64,000 nt of DNA from Geosiphon pyriformis uo1. Taxonomy: Eukaryota > Fungi > Glomeromycota. Location: the NCBI GenBank assembly GCA_016748015.1, contig JAAOMT010000760.1:474779-538778 (forward strand), in the 5' to 3' direction. Positions within the stretch are counted from its first letter, which is position 1. Each line of letters begins with the position of its first letter. Below the pieces are notes generated by a model. That model made no database searches. It was not told the origin of the DNA and saw only the letters and a list, made by a program, of their open reading frames with translations. Below, one piece after another: positions 1-14,341 of this stretch. Both the position numbers and the translations under genes were made by a program.

Positions 1-160
1 CAGAAATCAGGACACATTGCTTAACAATGTGAAGCAATGTCAGAAATCATGGCATATTGCTCAGCAATGTGGAGCAATGTTAAGAAAATATGGCACATTG
101 TTCAGTAAGGTAAGCATTGCTGGAAAAATTATAACACATTGCTTAAGAATGTGAGCAATC
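1..160 (+). repeat. ~40-bp tandem repeat, about 4 units, each with an internal palindrome CACATTG-N5-CAATGTG
   Basis: cagaaatcaggacacattgcttaacaatgtgaagcaatgt / cagaaatcatggcatattgctcagcaatgtggagcaatgt and two more degenerate units. Confidence 0.8.
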
Positions 161-327
161 TTGTAGAACCCAAATTATGTATATATAGTGGTAGCATTAG
201 AAGTAGAAAAGACAGAATTCTTTAGTTAAAGACTTCTTAGTTAGATTTCATTTAAAAAAACTTTTCAATTTACAATCATTGAATAAATAATTATTTTCAT
301 ATCTTAATTTACTCTTTACTATCAACA
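1..327 (+). mobile_element. Partial LTR-like sequence (family B), truncated by window edge
   Basis: Tandem ~40-bp units (1-160), then TATA-like TATATATAG (~180), AATAAA (~282) and a ...TATCAACA end at 327. A homologous copy lies inverted at ~1005-1190. Confidence 0.5.
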
Positions 328-869
328 CTTTATGTTAATAATAACTGCTACTTAATTACACTGGACCAATAGCTCTTGATCATGGCTATTAATAAGATAC
401 TAACTTATTTATCACCTTGGCTTATTTTTTTTATTTCATTTCCTTTTCATTCCCTTTTATTTTGTTGTTATCACTAACTCTGTAAAGAGAATTATCACAC
501 GGAGGTACTGATATCAGGATATAGCACTGGTAAAAGATCCAGAAATAAGGATAGGATACTCGATTGAGAATAGCTTATCAGGAGGAATACTGGCCATCAA
601 GCTGAAAAAGAAATTGACAAAACTGCGGTTTTGGAAAGTTACAGATAAAACTATTATTACTGAATCTTTGTCTATTATACAAAAGACTCAACCAAAACCT
701 TCAGATAAACACACCTTCAGATTTCTAATATCGAAGACAGCTTTGAGCACCACATTATAGGTCTTGTTACTCACTCCAACACCCCAAGTACTTATCTGTA
801 ACACCAGACTATTTTTGACATCAATTTAATCAGTGTTTAATTTCTCAAATTAATTAGTAAATTACAACA

Positions 870-1330
870 AAAGAAATAGAAAAAAAAAGAAAAATAAAAT
901 AAAGAAAATAAGCCAAAACAAAAAAAAATTAGTATTTTGTTAATAGCCATGATCAAAAGCTATTGGTCTAGTATAATTAAGTAATGGCAAGTATTAACAT
1001 GAATTGTTAATAATAAATAGATAGATGATAATAATAATAAGTATTTTATTGATGTTTGATGTTTCTATTTCAAGTCATAGAATACTATTGTATGAAAAAA
1101 TAGAAGAGAATTTAAATTGGAGATTCTAATCTAAAAATTCTGTTCTTTTTGCTTCTAATACTATTACTATATATACATAAATTTTATTATACAAAATTTC
1201 TAATTTTTTAGCCAGGAATTCTGCAATTCTTTAAAAGAAATCCTGAAATTCTAAAATTTTGTAATTTCTTATATTAGAATTCTATAATTCTGGAATTTTG
1301 CAATTTCTCTAAAAAAAATTCTGGAATTCC
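870..1330 (-). mobile_element. Inverted second copy of the family B LTR end plus leader
   Basis: Reverse complement of ~928-1000 matches 332-405 (ctggaccaatagctcttgatcatggctatt). Reverse complement of ~1137-1180 matches 176-220. It has its own short tandem repeats at 1200-1330. Confidence 0.65.
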
Positions 1331-1863
1331 ACTTTTACTGTGTCTTATTTTGATTGGTTAATTTGTATACTAATATATAATTCCTATATTCTATAAGTAA
1401 TAATAGTTAATTATATAATATTAATAATTAATATATATAATAATTAATAAAACCTATAGTTTTTAATTATAAAATTGGTTTTTAAATAAATAAATTTAAG
1501 CAGTAATAATTTAAAAATATATTTGGTTTTCAAGATAAATTTTTATTAAATTAATTTGTAAAAAAGATAAAATATTTTAATTAAGATATATTTTCTTAAA
1601 AAAAATGTTTTTCTTTTATAAAACTTATTATATAATCTAATACTTTTTTTCTAATATTTTAGTAAATTAAAAATATATTGTTAAATTATAAATTATTTCT
1701 ATAAACTATTAATTATTTTAGTAAACTGTTAAATATTTTAAATATTTTAATGAGCAAAGTCCAAATACTGCCTAGTAACAATACATCAAAAAAATGATCT
1801 ATACTAGATGTGAATCATGTTTTTTCTATACGTGACTAGCCACTCAAGCCAACTAAGACTATG

Positions 1864-4800
1864 CTATACACTCACATACACAGAAACCAAATTACCTATA
1901 CCTGAAAAAACTGACAAAAACTGTACAATTCAAAACTAATACCAAATACATAATTAATACCAAGCAACCTAATTACATAGGCCAAAAGTATTAACATACT
2001 ACCAGACACAGAGACAGGGATCAAACCATTGTGAGAGATCAGACTGTGTTTTTTTATAAAAGCTCAATGTTTGGAATGGACCAGCCAAATATTATTTTTA
2101 AAAGACAAGCTCAAACTACAAACAAATTCAACCACCTTATCAGATGCAGTTTTAGAGTTATCAAAACAGAAAGCGGCCTCCTGGTACCAATTTATGAGCA
2201 CAAAACCTTTGTACAGTAAAGCAACCAGTTCCAAATCAGTCAAACAATTAGATAACATTTGTAACACATGAGAGGAGGCATAGAATAAACCAGAAACAAC
2301 TCTCCAAGTAAAAGCAAAATCAATGAACAATTGAAGCTGAGCAGTTGCATCAAATACACAAAAGAAAGCATGGTCCAACACTTCAACATTATCACAATAC
2401 AGGCACACCACACTGGGATAATGTTTATCATAAAGGCATTTGTGAACAGCAACAGGCAGTTTATGATATAAAGCTTTCATAAAATAGGAATGGAAGCCAG
2501 CAAAGTAATGACTCATAAAGCCAGCAGTCATGTGAGAATTAGGATGCCAAACAAGAGACAATTTAGACCAATCAACATTCGTAAGCAAATGACTGTTCAC
2601 AATCTTGGCACCAGAGCCTAATTCTCAACATGCACGATGGATAGACCAAAAAACATCACAAACAAAATGTTTAGAGTTTTCAGAAACAATACTGCCATTA
2701 GTTAGAACAAAACATTTCTTGAGCTGGGGAGAGAGGAGCCAGTCTGAATGGAAAGAGACACCAGCAAGTGAGTTAGTCTGAACATTACCCAAAATGCCTA
2801 AGTGTTTTTTAACCTTATACCAGTCAACATTCAAATTTTTTTTATGTATAATGCCAGTGATGTGTTGATATTTAACTCAGCATTTGTTCCAGAAGTCTGA
2901 AGCCAATAACAATAATTCAGCTTTACATGCTATTACTAGAGGTTTTTGGGTCTCTTTTCTTGAATGTTGTAAATGTCTGTTGGTTGGAAATTTACATTTT
3001 TTAGAAGTAATTGAACCTCCAATAACTGAATTTATCTTCAAATTATTTCCTATAATTTGAATCACTGGGCTTATAAGTGGAATGGCCAATTCTGTGCCAG
3101 TTACTTTATGTAGTTACATTATAGTAAATGTCAACTCTTTCCCAGGAATTGCTCGTCTGGAAGCTCACTAAAATATGTAGTTTCTTTGCTGTAAAAGTCA
3201 ACTCTTCTACAGGAATTCTCGTCTATAGGCTACCCTAATGATTATAATAATAAAATAAAAAAAAAGAAAAGAAAAAAAGAAAAAAAATGTAAAAGAAATG
3301 TAAAAGAAATTGAATTCTGTTAAGAAAAACATTTTCTATCTAGACCTGGAGTTACTAACAGTTTACTGAAATTGGTAGCTAATCAATTTCAAAATGTTAA
3401 TTGGGTTTTGGGGATTTTCCAAGTGCAATAATTAAAGAATTTGGTTTTTTAAATTATTTGATATTTATTTCTTTTTGTGTGTATAGGAATGGTTCTAAGT
3501 AATAAATCTAAAGTAAGATACATTTTTTCAAAAAAAAAAGCTTTTTTTTTATACAAATTGTCATAACACTATTTTGTGAACTTGAACTTTGCTATTTTCT
3601 ACAATTTCACTGAACTAAAGATACATTTCAACAAACTACAAGTTATTTTTGTGAACTATTAAATATTTCGGTGAACTATCAATTATTTCAGCAAATTTCT
3701 ACAAATTTCAGCAAACTTTTGAATGTTACATATTTCAGGGTATTGTATAATTGATCATCACACTTAGGTTACATTTGTGTTATGTACAAATTGAGTTATT
3801 AATTAAATGATAATTTCGAACATTTTGCTAATGTAATAAGTGATAATTTGAACCAATAATATATGCTAATTAATGATAAGAATGAAGATAATTTTATGCT
3901 AAATAATATTTTTAATTTTGTTTAGTAACAATGCATCCAAAGCAGCTTGGCTGTCAGAGAATAGACAGACTGAACTTGAACTAGACACACACTTAAGAGC
4001 CAATACAATGGCTTGAAGCTCCATTAATGTAGAAGATATTATGCCAGTTACCTCCACCCCAAGCCCTAAGTTAATGTTCTCAAAGAACACAGCAGTACCA
4101 GCTTTCATATTAATATTCCCCAGGCCACAAAAGGAACCATCCGTGTACACAGAAAAGCCAAAAGCACCACTGCCAGACAATTGATTATGCACTGTTCTAA
4201 ACTCATGAAATTCAAGAATATTTTTTGCAGCAGTATCATTTGGAGGTAAAAAGCAGACATCAAGAAAACCAAAATCATGAAGATACTGAATGGCAGCAAC
4301 AAACCAGACAGAAACAGGGCCACATGGGTCAAGTCTCTTCCATTGCTTAAAAGTCTTTCAGTCAAAAACAGCACCATTATGGCACTGAAGCTGCTCAACA
4401 AAAGTAATTCCATAATGACAAAAAGAGAGAAGACATCTGAAATACATTAACTTACCAAGAACATCAGATAAAGGAGTTCCACACCAGAAGCAAAAAACAT
4501 TACACATAAGATTGCCTAGAGATAAACCAGAACTGAGAAAAACCCAAACCACACCTGCCAAAAAGTTGTTTAAAGGATTAACACTAATGCAAACTGAAGA
4601 GCACAAGGAATATACAGAACACCAACTCAAGACCTGCAAGTCATATGACCTATGCTTGAACAATTGGCTCAAAATCCCAACAGAGTTGGTAAAACACACC
4701 ACAGCAGCAACTTTGCCTTTGGCTTGAATCTGTTCAAAAGTCTTTAAGCCATAAAATAAGGAATAGTGCAAAACATCATTAAGAAAGTCTAGAGGCAGAC

Positions 4801-7554
4801 CTGATTTCAATTTCAGGCCCTTTCAAATTAAAATATTCCACTTTTGGTACACACTAGCAGAAATAAAACTAAACTGGATTCTGTAATTAATAATAGGATA
4901 AAGGACCACCAAAACCAAGTAGGAGAACTGTTTGTCCAAAATTGCTTTTCTCAGAACAAGATTGGCAAAAAACTGTACATCCAAATGCACTTTAGCCAAG
5001 CTAGGCTTAGACAATCCATCAGAAGAAAGAAAAATACCCAGATATTAGTGAAACACATCCTTTTTGGTGATGGAAATAAGAGTGCCACTAACAGATAAAA
5101 AAAAGCCACTACTCTACAATTAATTGGGATCACTACAGTTTTGTTATTGTTGATCGAGATATTATTCATCCTGAAAAATTCACTGGCAACATTGAGAATG
5201 TGTTGTGTAGCTGTCTAACTAAAACTGATTTATATAGTATCAACAACAAATGTATTTGCAGCAAGAAAAAAAGTCAAACTATCTTGAGGATCTATGCAAC
5301 CAGTCCTGGCAACATAATGTGAGTTCAGTCTATAACCACATACTGCTTCTTGTCTTTTTACTTTACACAGCAAAGTGTCATAAAAAATACACCAAAAAAA
5401 AAGTGAAAATACTTCCTCTTGATTCAAGCTATTATGAACACTATAATCATCAGTTAACCCAAAGTCAGTTATCACTCTGTTTATGCAACCATTGTAAATA
5501 CTCCCAAAAAATTTTATGAATCTACTACACATTTTGATTCTAACCAAACTTCTTCTCAGATGTTTCCAACCAACTGAGTCATATGCTTTCCTTATGTCTT
5601 GTAAAACCAACCAAAGTTCACAATTCTTTTCTAAAGCATTTTTTACCACTGAACCAATAGCAAAAATAGAAGACTGTGTTATTGTACTTTTAAAAACTGA
5701 GAAGTTGTCACCATGAAAAATGTCATGCTTACTATATGCTACAGAGATTCTATCAAAAAAAATTTTAGAAAGAATTTTATGGACAGTTTCAATCAGTGCT
5801 ATGGGCTGAATGTTTGTAAAAACTCTCTCCCAGTCATAAGGTTTAGGAATCATAAACATCCAGGCCTCCCTCCAAGGACCCAGAACAGATTCACAAATCA
5901 AACAAGAGTTCAAAAGCACCAATAGCAAATCCAGAACAGATCTGTTACAATGTTTCCAAAGTTTATTCGTAATACCAGAAAGGCCAGCAGCTTTGTTATT
6001 AGACAAACTCGAAACCACACCAAGAAATTTTTCCACCTCAATTGAATACATAACATTTGAAAAGGCATTGTTAAAGACATATTCCAAGGGTTGAAGTTGG
6101 TGACACCATTCATCCAAAATGTTATTAACCACCACATGCTTTCTGGTCCAGCCCTCCATAATTTTATTAACATAAAATTTAACCAAACTAGGCTTCAAAA
6201 TGAGGTCCTCATTCACAACCAGATAATCTAATGTGAATTTGCAAAATGGCTGCTCAAGTACACTTCTAATAGTTTGGTCCTTATTCAACTCAAAGTTTTC
6301 TATCTTTTTGTCAATTGCTAACTTGATTTGAGAATTCCTAACACATTTTGATTCCATTATTTTGAGGAAATAATAAGACTTTCTAATCTTTACCAAAGCT
6401 AATCTAATAGCATCAAAATGAGATCTCAAAAGAAAAAAAAATTTAACAGCAGAAGCATTAACAGAGTCCAAAGACACCCAAACATCTAACAAAGAAATGA
6501 ATCCAATAGATGACACAGAATGCAAAGTCTTTACCAACTTAGAAACCAAAATTTCCAATCTATGATAGCAGGAAGAGCTCTTGGTAAAACCACTATCAAA
6601 ATTTTTAGACCAGATTTTCAAGAAAACTTCATTTGCTGAGAAACAGATGGTTTTGTGAATAGCATTTCACATGCCATCCAAATCAGACAAATAATAACAA
6701 TCTGTAAACTCATCAGAAAACATGGCAAAATTATCACAAGATGCAATCCTATACTACTTCTATTTAACTCCATCAGCATTTTTGACATTAAATTTCTATT
6801 TGTCTTTATTGGTCTGAACACAAATAGCTCTTAGGACAGGATCTAAAATTCTACCAAGACCAATTGTAATTTGAACAAAACTATGATTAGTGTTAAAGAA
6901 CTCATTCACATCCACAACATGTCCATTTACTAAAACATTACTCAAACTTTGGAAAACAAAAATGTAATTAATAATCCTCTCAACACCCCTGAAATTCCTC
7001 CAAGTAGGAGCCTTAATGTGAGAACTACTAACCAATGTATTAACTAGACCTAAATTCACACACTTACTAAAGCTAGAGCTATGTTTGTTCCCATTCTTAT
7101 TGAAATTACCACCTAAAAAAATAAACATATTTTCATTACAAGCTCTGGCTATAAAAAAATTAACAAGACCAGTCTGAATCACACACTTATCCAGAGAAGC
7201 CTCTGTATATAAACCCAATACAGAAACAGATTGTTTGTTTTTGAATAACAAGTGGACCATCAAAAGCCTATCTGGAATCTTAGAGATTTTTGAAACATGT
7301 TTGGCTAAATTTTCATTTATGATTAAGGCAATATCCACTCCTAAAAACCCAGCATTCAGACCTGAAGTAAACACTCTCACACCAGAAAACTTTTTCACAA
7401 TCCAAGGCTTGATACTGAAGTGAAGCTTAGTCTTAGTAACTATTAAAATGTTATTATTTGAAACTATGTGCCATCTAATAATGTCATTCTGCTTGGCAGG
7501 AACATTCATACCTCTAACATTACAAGTAACAATTTTCCAAGCTAAACTACTTAT
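1864..7554 (-). pseudogene. LINE-A ORF2: APE endonuclease, reverse transcriptase, RNase H, C-terminal CCHC
   Basis: APE: TCNVRG, G(D)FN, I(D)YIF. RT: KAAGLSGI, IPKP, PIALIE, QDIRKAYDSV, FV(D)DT. RNase H: YTDGS, ELQAI, SDSQ, KVK..G. Knuckle: CLYC..E..DH.F.C. Confidence 0.95.
2931..3930 (-). mobile_element. Solo LTR (family A), 1000 bp, inserted in LINE-A RNase H
   Basis: Ends TGTTAC...GTAATA in element orientation. 4-bp TSD ATGC at 2927-2930 and 3931-3934. Colinear with 28321-29293. The LINE frame ALDAC rejoins across it. Confidence 0.92.
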
Positions 7555-9379
7555 TGGAAAAAAGAAGGGATTACCATACCACCACCAGAACAAAAAAAGT
7601 CCAATTTATACAATATTGTCTTAACTGAATTCTTCAGAACCACCAGGTTAGCTTTTAGGCCACCTAATTTTGCAGTTAAAACATGAGCACCACTTAGAGA
7701 AATGTTCTAAGAGATGGCAATGACTACACTAGGCATGGAAGGAATGAACAACGGAGTGTCAACAGCCATGTTCAGCATAGGGTTATGTTTGGAGGTGGGT
7801 AAAACAGTAGAATTTACCAAAAAAACAGCCAGCAATCTGTTCAATTTACACAAAATGTTGGCCACCTAATTAAATACATTCTCAAGCAAATGCTCGAGAA
7901 CACTAACATGTGAAGCCAGAAATGTAACCACAGACATTGAACCAGTGACTGAATTTATGCTTGAATTGTTCCCAATGAGCAGTATAGAATATAAATTTTT
8001 AGGAGAGCTGCTTACCACAAAAGCCCAAGTCATACTACCAAAGAAGGCTGGACAAAACATGAGTGCCTGCTTTTTGGCATAGATGAGCACAAGGTGCTTT
8101 TTATCCGAATCAGAACAAAGAAATCTTTTTTTCATGGAACTCTGCCTACTGTTTTTTACACTATTCACACAGCCAAATGAAACGTAACCAAAATTACCAT
8201 ATGTAGCACACTTAGGAGAAGACAAACCAGCTCAAACAAGGTTAACACTCCTAAACACCAGCATAGAGCAAATGGCAGTCTCTCTGGCATCATCAGAATC
8301 AAAACATATGACAATACAGCAGACTTGTGCATAAGACACTAAATTCCTAAAAATGTAGCAAGTTTTTCCACCATACAACTGGACCAAGTCTGAGAGATTG
8401 TGGGCAGTTGTGCCCATTAGCAGAGTATATAGAAGAGCATAATAGCTGTCCTTTAAATTCCATATTGTTTGTTGGCATTGGCTTTGGCAACACATACTGA
8501 ATCCTTACCTAGCAAGATTAACCATTTGGACACAATCAAATCAGCGATCTAAAAACTCTCAAACTCCACTAGTGCTTTCTGCCAAAAGCTAATAAGCTGT
8601 ATTTTGATTGAAAAAATTTTCCCATACTTGACCAAAGCTGATTTGATTGTCAATTTGGGCAAATTTACTGGAATTTTTTTGATAATGATTTCCTGATCTG
8701 AACATATGCTGATTTTTTTGAGATCAGCATTGACTAAAAAATTCTCAGACACAACCAATTGTTTAGCCAAAATAAGACTGGAATCAGATGTAAAAGACAT
8801 CCGAATAATGCCTGAAAATTTTGAAGAAGTTGATGCATCCCCAAAACTATCAATCTTGTAGAACAGTGTCCTGACACTCTTGAGTTTGTCACATAGAGTA
8901 CTTTCAAAAACAGCCAACAAACCAATGTTAAGTGCAAAAGATTTGGTAGGTTCAAAGCAAAGCTTTTCCTTGACAGAAGCAACAGAACAATGAAGAGATC
9001 CTAGAGAAACAGGTGGAAGTAAGTCCATGTTTATATTATCAGCAGCAGAGCCAAAATTACAGAGACCCAGAGATGAAGCCATCATCATACTAGAATTAAA
9101 ATGTTTCATCTTTGAGGTGTTAGTACAAAAGTCTAACTGCCCATCACTCTCACTGTCAGCATCATAGCCCACATTCTTGCCCATCTCATACTTCAACTTT
9201 TCATCAGAAAATGTATCCATATTCTCATATTAACTGAGAACACTTGCAGGTAGTTTGTAAGATAAATCAGCTTTGTCATCTAAGTATTTGACTTTGCCAA
9301 GCAAAACTTTAAGTTTCTGCTTCAGACTTCTATTCATAGAGCTTATAGCAGCACCTCTAGCCAATTTTTTCATGGACAT
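7551..9379 (-). pseudogene. LINE-A ORF1 (gag-like, degenerate CCHC knuckle)
   Basis: ORF pieces 8549-9220, 8232-8495 and 7866-8225 (KSFALNI, IKIQL..WQKA.VE, C..C..GH-like motif) are homologous to LINE-B ORF1. Confidence 0.85.
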
Positions 9380-9539
9380 AGTGTTGACAGCATCAGATAC
9401 TAAGAAGACAACAAAAAAATTGGTGAATTGAGAAATTGTAAAAACCGAGCAAAAATAAAAAATAAAAACAGATAAAAAACAAAAAAACTTCTTTAGAAAG
9501 TAACTCTTTTTAGGGAATTTTGGATGAAGGAGAGCCATA

Positions 9540-11800
9540 TTTTAATTTAATAAAAAAAAATTATTAAATATATAATCTATAATAAAACAAAACTAAAATA
9601 TGTTTTTAATTTTTATATAATAAATATTGTTTTTATTATTGTTTTTTTAAATAATATTATTGTATATATATAATTTTAGTTATTTTAATTATTTTTAAAA
9701 AAAAATAAACCATTAATAATAATATTTACAATCTTATTATTAATAATATTAAGTTATAAAAAATTATTTTTGCTGTTAAATTAAAAATAAAAAGATTGTT
9801 AATTTTGTTTTTTTTTAAAATATATTGTTTTTTTATATTTAATAAGTTTTTGTTGTTTTAATATTATGATGAATTATTTTTAATTTAAATTTAAGTTTAT
9901 GTAAAGTTTAAAATAAAGTTTGTTTTATTAATTTTAAATAAAATATTGTTATTTTAATTTGTAAAAAATATTAATACTATGTAAATAAGCCAATAAAATT
10001 CAATAAAAAAATTCAATAAAAATAAAAAAAGACTATAAAATATTTACCAAAAATTATTATTCAATAAAATTTAAAAATATAAATAAATTATTTTGAGTTT
10101 AAAAAAAAAAAGATTAATGATTTTTTTTAATAATCTAGCAAAGATAAAAAATATAAAAATTCGTATATAATATATGAAAATAAATTTGGTAAAAATATAT
10201 ATATACAATATATAATAATAATTATATATTATTTGTTAATTTTATATAATAAGTTATAGTTAATATAATTAATTTTTATATATTTAAAATATATTACATA
10301 ATAATACCAATTATAAATTTTAATATTAGTATTTTATTTTATTAATTTTAATATTTTTTTTTGCCATAATTAAAAAAATCTGTATATAATAATTTTTGTA
10401 ATATTAACAATATATTTAAAATATATTACATAATAATATTAATTATATATTTGTTTTAATTCTAATTTTAATATTTTATTCAATTTTAATTTTGTTAATT
10501 TTAGCACTTTTTTTTGTTAAATTTAAGAAAATATGCATATAAAAATCAAAAATGTCTTAATATAAGCCAATTTAATCTTAAAAAATATTAAATATTAAAA
10601 TAAAGATTATTTATTTAGAAAATTTTTGATATTTTTAATTATTTTTCAAATATTATTAGAAATAGTACTATTAAAAATAAAAAAAAATCTTTAAGATTAA
10701 ATAATTTAATAAATTATTTAATTAAAATTGTATATAAAAACATAAATTTTTTTGTTTTTATAACTAATAACAATTAACCAAAAACTAATATATTAAATAA
10801 TATAATTAATGATTAATTTGGATTAAAATTAATTAATATATTTTTATTGTTATTGTTAAAATTTTTTTTTATTTACAGTTATAATAAAATTAAGTATTAT
10901 AATTGGTATAAATAATGTTAAATTAGTAAAAAACCATAAAAAATCAATTTTTTATTTTTTACAAGAGAAAAAACTGGTTTTAAAACAATAAAACTAATAT
11001 TAAAAACACCCAAAAAAACTTTTTAGCATTTTAAAAAAATTTGTTATTAAATATAGCAAAGATTTAAAAGTTGTTTCTTACTTAATTTGGCTTTTTTAAT
11101 CATTTAAGCAACAATAATAAAAGAACACAAAAAAAATAATTTGGTTATCAAATTTTTATTAAAAATTTGAAACTCTTAAAAAATACAGAAATTACATTAA
11201 AACTATTTCAAAAAAGTTTTTTTAACAAAACTTTAAAAAAAGACTCTTAACCAAAAAAAAAAATAGTGTTTTAAAACTAATAAAAAATTGATTTATTGTT
11301 ACTTTATTTATGAAAAGTGCTTTTATAGAGCATTGCTAAGCAGTTTTAGCAGCTATGTAAGCATTACTGATAAAAATATTACCAGATATTTCAAAAAATA
11401 AAAAAGTTGCAATTTTTTTACTTTTTGTTTTAGTTGTAGTCATAAAAATACAAAAGAAAAAGAGTTGGTTTTTATTTTTTACATGATAAAAAATTATCTT
11501 ATTAATTATTAATTTCGTTTATGATTATTGTTTTTATATTTAATATTTAATATTTATTGTTATATAATATAAATAAAATTAATATTGCAATTATTAGAAT
11601 TTTTTAATTATAAAAATTTAAAAAATCCAAAATAATATTACAACTAAAAATGACATCTTAATAGGTTGCAATCAATGTAATGCTTAATTATTACATGGTT
11701 GCAATTTTAAATTATATAAATGCAACTAGTTATAATTAATATAATACTTATTTGTCACATTTGCGATAATAAAAATAATGTCACAATTTTAAGCCTAATA
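9540..11800. other. Extremely AT-rich tract, probably eroded repeat DNA
   Basis: Almost no G/C. tatatttaaaatatattacataataata occurs at ~10279 and ~10411. Repeated GGTTGCAA near 11660-11700. Confidence 0.5.
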
Positions 11801-12195
11801 TGCATTACTACATAGGTTGATTGACTGATTTATTGATAACTATTACTATGGACAGCAGCTAAACCTCTTGGAATTGGGTTAGTGAACCATCCGGTTTTCC
11901 GAGGTTGAAAAATTATCATCATCGGCCAGAAAATTTCAGCCGGTTCTCTTTAATTGGGATTCTTAGGGCCGGGAATACTCTCAAGAAATCGTAATCACCA
12001 AATAATATCCCCGTTGCTTGCGGGTTAAAATTTTCCTCTTTATCAACGTTTCCAGGTTGTGGTGCTTCATTTAGGTCGTACTTGTCCATAAGAAATATTA
12101 TTTTAATACTGCATATTATTTGCAATAGAAAACAATATTACTAACGCATACGCTTCGATAAAGTGTACCACTACTTGTGCATTCAAAGCCTAACT

Positions 12196-13992
12196 ATGTC
12201 TATCAAAGCAAAGAGTTGCTTCGAATTTACTTTACAGGACTTCTCACAACTCCCTTCAAAGGTTTACAGCCCACCTTTTGCTACAACTCATGATATCTTT
12301 TGGCAGTTGAAATTCAAGCCGGTAAGCATAGGACTATAGTCCGAGAAAACTCAGCTTTCTTTATGAATATTTGCTATATCGAACATATATATTTCCTCAA
12401 AGCGAAACGTGCAGCAGCATTGTTAGCACTTTGACCACTCATTAGTGTTGAGCTCTTTTTCACTAATAAAAATACATCGCTTTTGACATTGATTTTTTTA
12501 TCGAAAAAGACGTCTCAAGATTCTCCAGATCACTGCTCTATTTACTTAATAGCTATACCAAATAAAGAAGAAGTTAACACAACGTCGTCATGGCCCAGGC
12601 GTGCTGAAGTTTGCGCAGACATATACTTAAAGAACCCACGAACCTTCCTTGTTATCAAAAAAATGAGCCTAGACACTAGTAAATTTTCTGCAATAAAGCC
12701 ATTAAGAGGTAGCAAATTCTCATCGAATCAAAGACTTTGCGATGTTATTTTTTTAATGTGTTTCGATTAATTATACTTAAAATAGTCAATTTCTCAATAT
12801 TAATATCTCGAATCCTTTATTCAAATACCAGGTTGGAATAGGTTTTGCAAGAGAAGCCTTCTTCAATATGATGAAGTGATACTTGGAGTTGAATTTGACT
12901 TGACTGAATTTCAGCCAAACGATCGGAAACCATGTTTTCCTGGTAACGCCAAATCCTTCCCTACTGATCTTATTCAAGCCTGGGGTGAACAATTAAATAA
13001 TGTGGAAACAGCTGACGTAGAATTTCGAGTTCAAGGGCAGGGAATTTTTGCAAATACTGCAATTCTTTCAAGAAGATCAGAATATTTCAAAAGGATGTTC
13101 GAAGGAAAGTGGATCGAATCGATCGCCTATAATCAAAAAGATCCACAGAAGCAGCATCGACTAAAAACCCAATTTAATTTGCCAATTACATCATCAATGG
13201 ATTCTGAATTACAATCACTGTCACAACCAACACAAGAACAATTTCCAATTCAATCTAAATCATCATCGCTTACGTCACTTTCGTGCATGCAACACCAATT
13301 CCCTCTTCATAAATTGCCTACAGTTCTACAAGAGGAAAATTTAGACCCTGAACCTTTTCTTCAACCTCACAAAAGAAAACGACTTGACGAAAGCAGGGGA
13401 TTCGAGGTGATAACTACTAATAATCATGATGATACACTTGGCGCTACCGTCAATTTAATACGAAAACCTCATGAACGTATTGTCATCTCGGTGACTGATT
13501 TCCATCCCGAAACATTTATTGAAATGTTGCGCTACCTCTACACAAACGAAGTGGCCTTTGGCCGAGAAGATACACACCGTAGTGCAGTTGATATATATAA
13601 GATTGCAGATAAGTATCTAATAGAAACTTTACAACAAATTGCCAAAGTCAAATTGTGTAAGAGTGTTAACATTTCGAATGCCGCGGAATTTCTTTTTGGA
13701 ACTGGTAAGAAAGCACCATCACTAAATTAATTTCTGGGTGACAATATTTAACTCGAAGTATATTTTAACTCTTAAAATTTTCACTATCAAACTAAATCTA
13801 GCTTGGCAATACGAGGAGTTAAAAGAACACGTGATGAGTTACGTGGTTCAGAATTTTAAAAGCGTACAAAAAACAACTGGATGGATGAATATCACAAGGA
13901 ATCCAGTCGAATATCCTTACTTTGGGGATTTACTAAATGAAATCCTGCGCTTAGTACTTACGGACGGCGATTCAGAATATAGCGATTCATGA
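12196..13992 (+). CDS. MATH-like + BTB/POZ domain protein (SPOP-like Cul3 adaptor); exons ~12196-12321, 12510-12708, 12832-13704, 13802-13992
   Basis: N-terminus MSIKAKSCFEFTLQDFS..YSPPF..WQLKF..CSIYL..GWNRF is MATH-like. BTB motifs ADVEFRV..ILSRRSEYFKRMF..DFHPETF..MLRYLYT..ADKYLI. GT-AG introns keep frame. Confidence 0.85.
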
Positions 13993-14341
13993 CATCTCTC
14001 TCCCTATTCTGTCGGATCAAATTTGTGTCGTACCACTGTTAAGATCACTAATACGAGAAGACATCTTAGGAGAAGTGAAGGAAATGGCGCTCTTTGTACT
14101 TATGGTTGGAATTTCTATTAAAATTGTGATAAATGTCTGTGCATCAAAGCAAATCTGCGTGTAAATATAAATCTATCGAGAGATGAATATTTCCTATTAG
14201 GGATGCCTAGCGCTGGTTACCCCAGCAGCTTCTCTCGCCTCAACTCTCGTTCAAAGTCGACATGGTTGTTGGAAGCGTATATCAAGTGTTCTTTCCTCCT
14301 TAATTTATAAAATTGGTTGCATATTTTCAATTATGCATTCC

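Larger units (their letters stand above)
1745..9536 (-). mobile_element. Full-length degenerate non-LTR retrotransposon (LINE-A; ORF1 + APE-RT-RNase H-CCHC ORF2)
   Basis: Colinear domains on the minus strand. 5' motif and 3' UTR are shared with LINE-B. Many premature stops and frameshifts. Confidence 0.95.

Noticed and set aside
1-160. CRISPR-like array
   Set aside because: Units are contiguous degenerate tandem repeats with no unique spacers; eukaryotic context and no cas genes.
7551-7566. -1 frameshift slippery heptamer T TTT TTC before the ORF1 stop
   Set aside because: Not in canonical phase in LINE-B, and the T-runs are plausibly products of C->T erosion.
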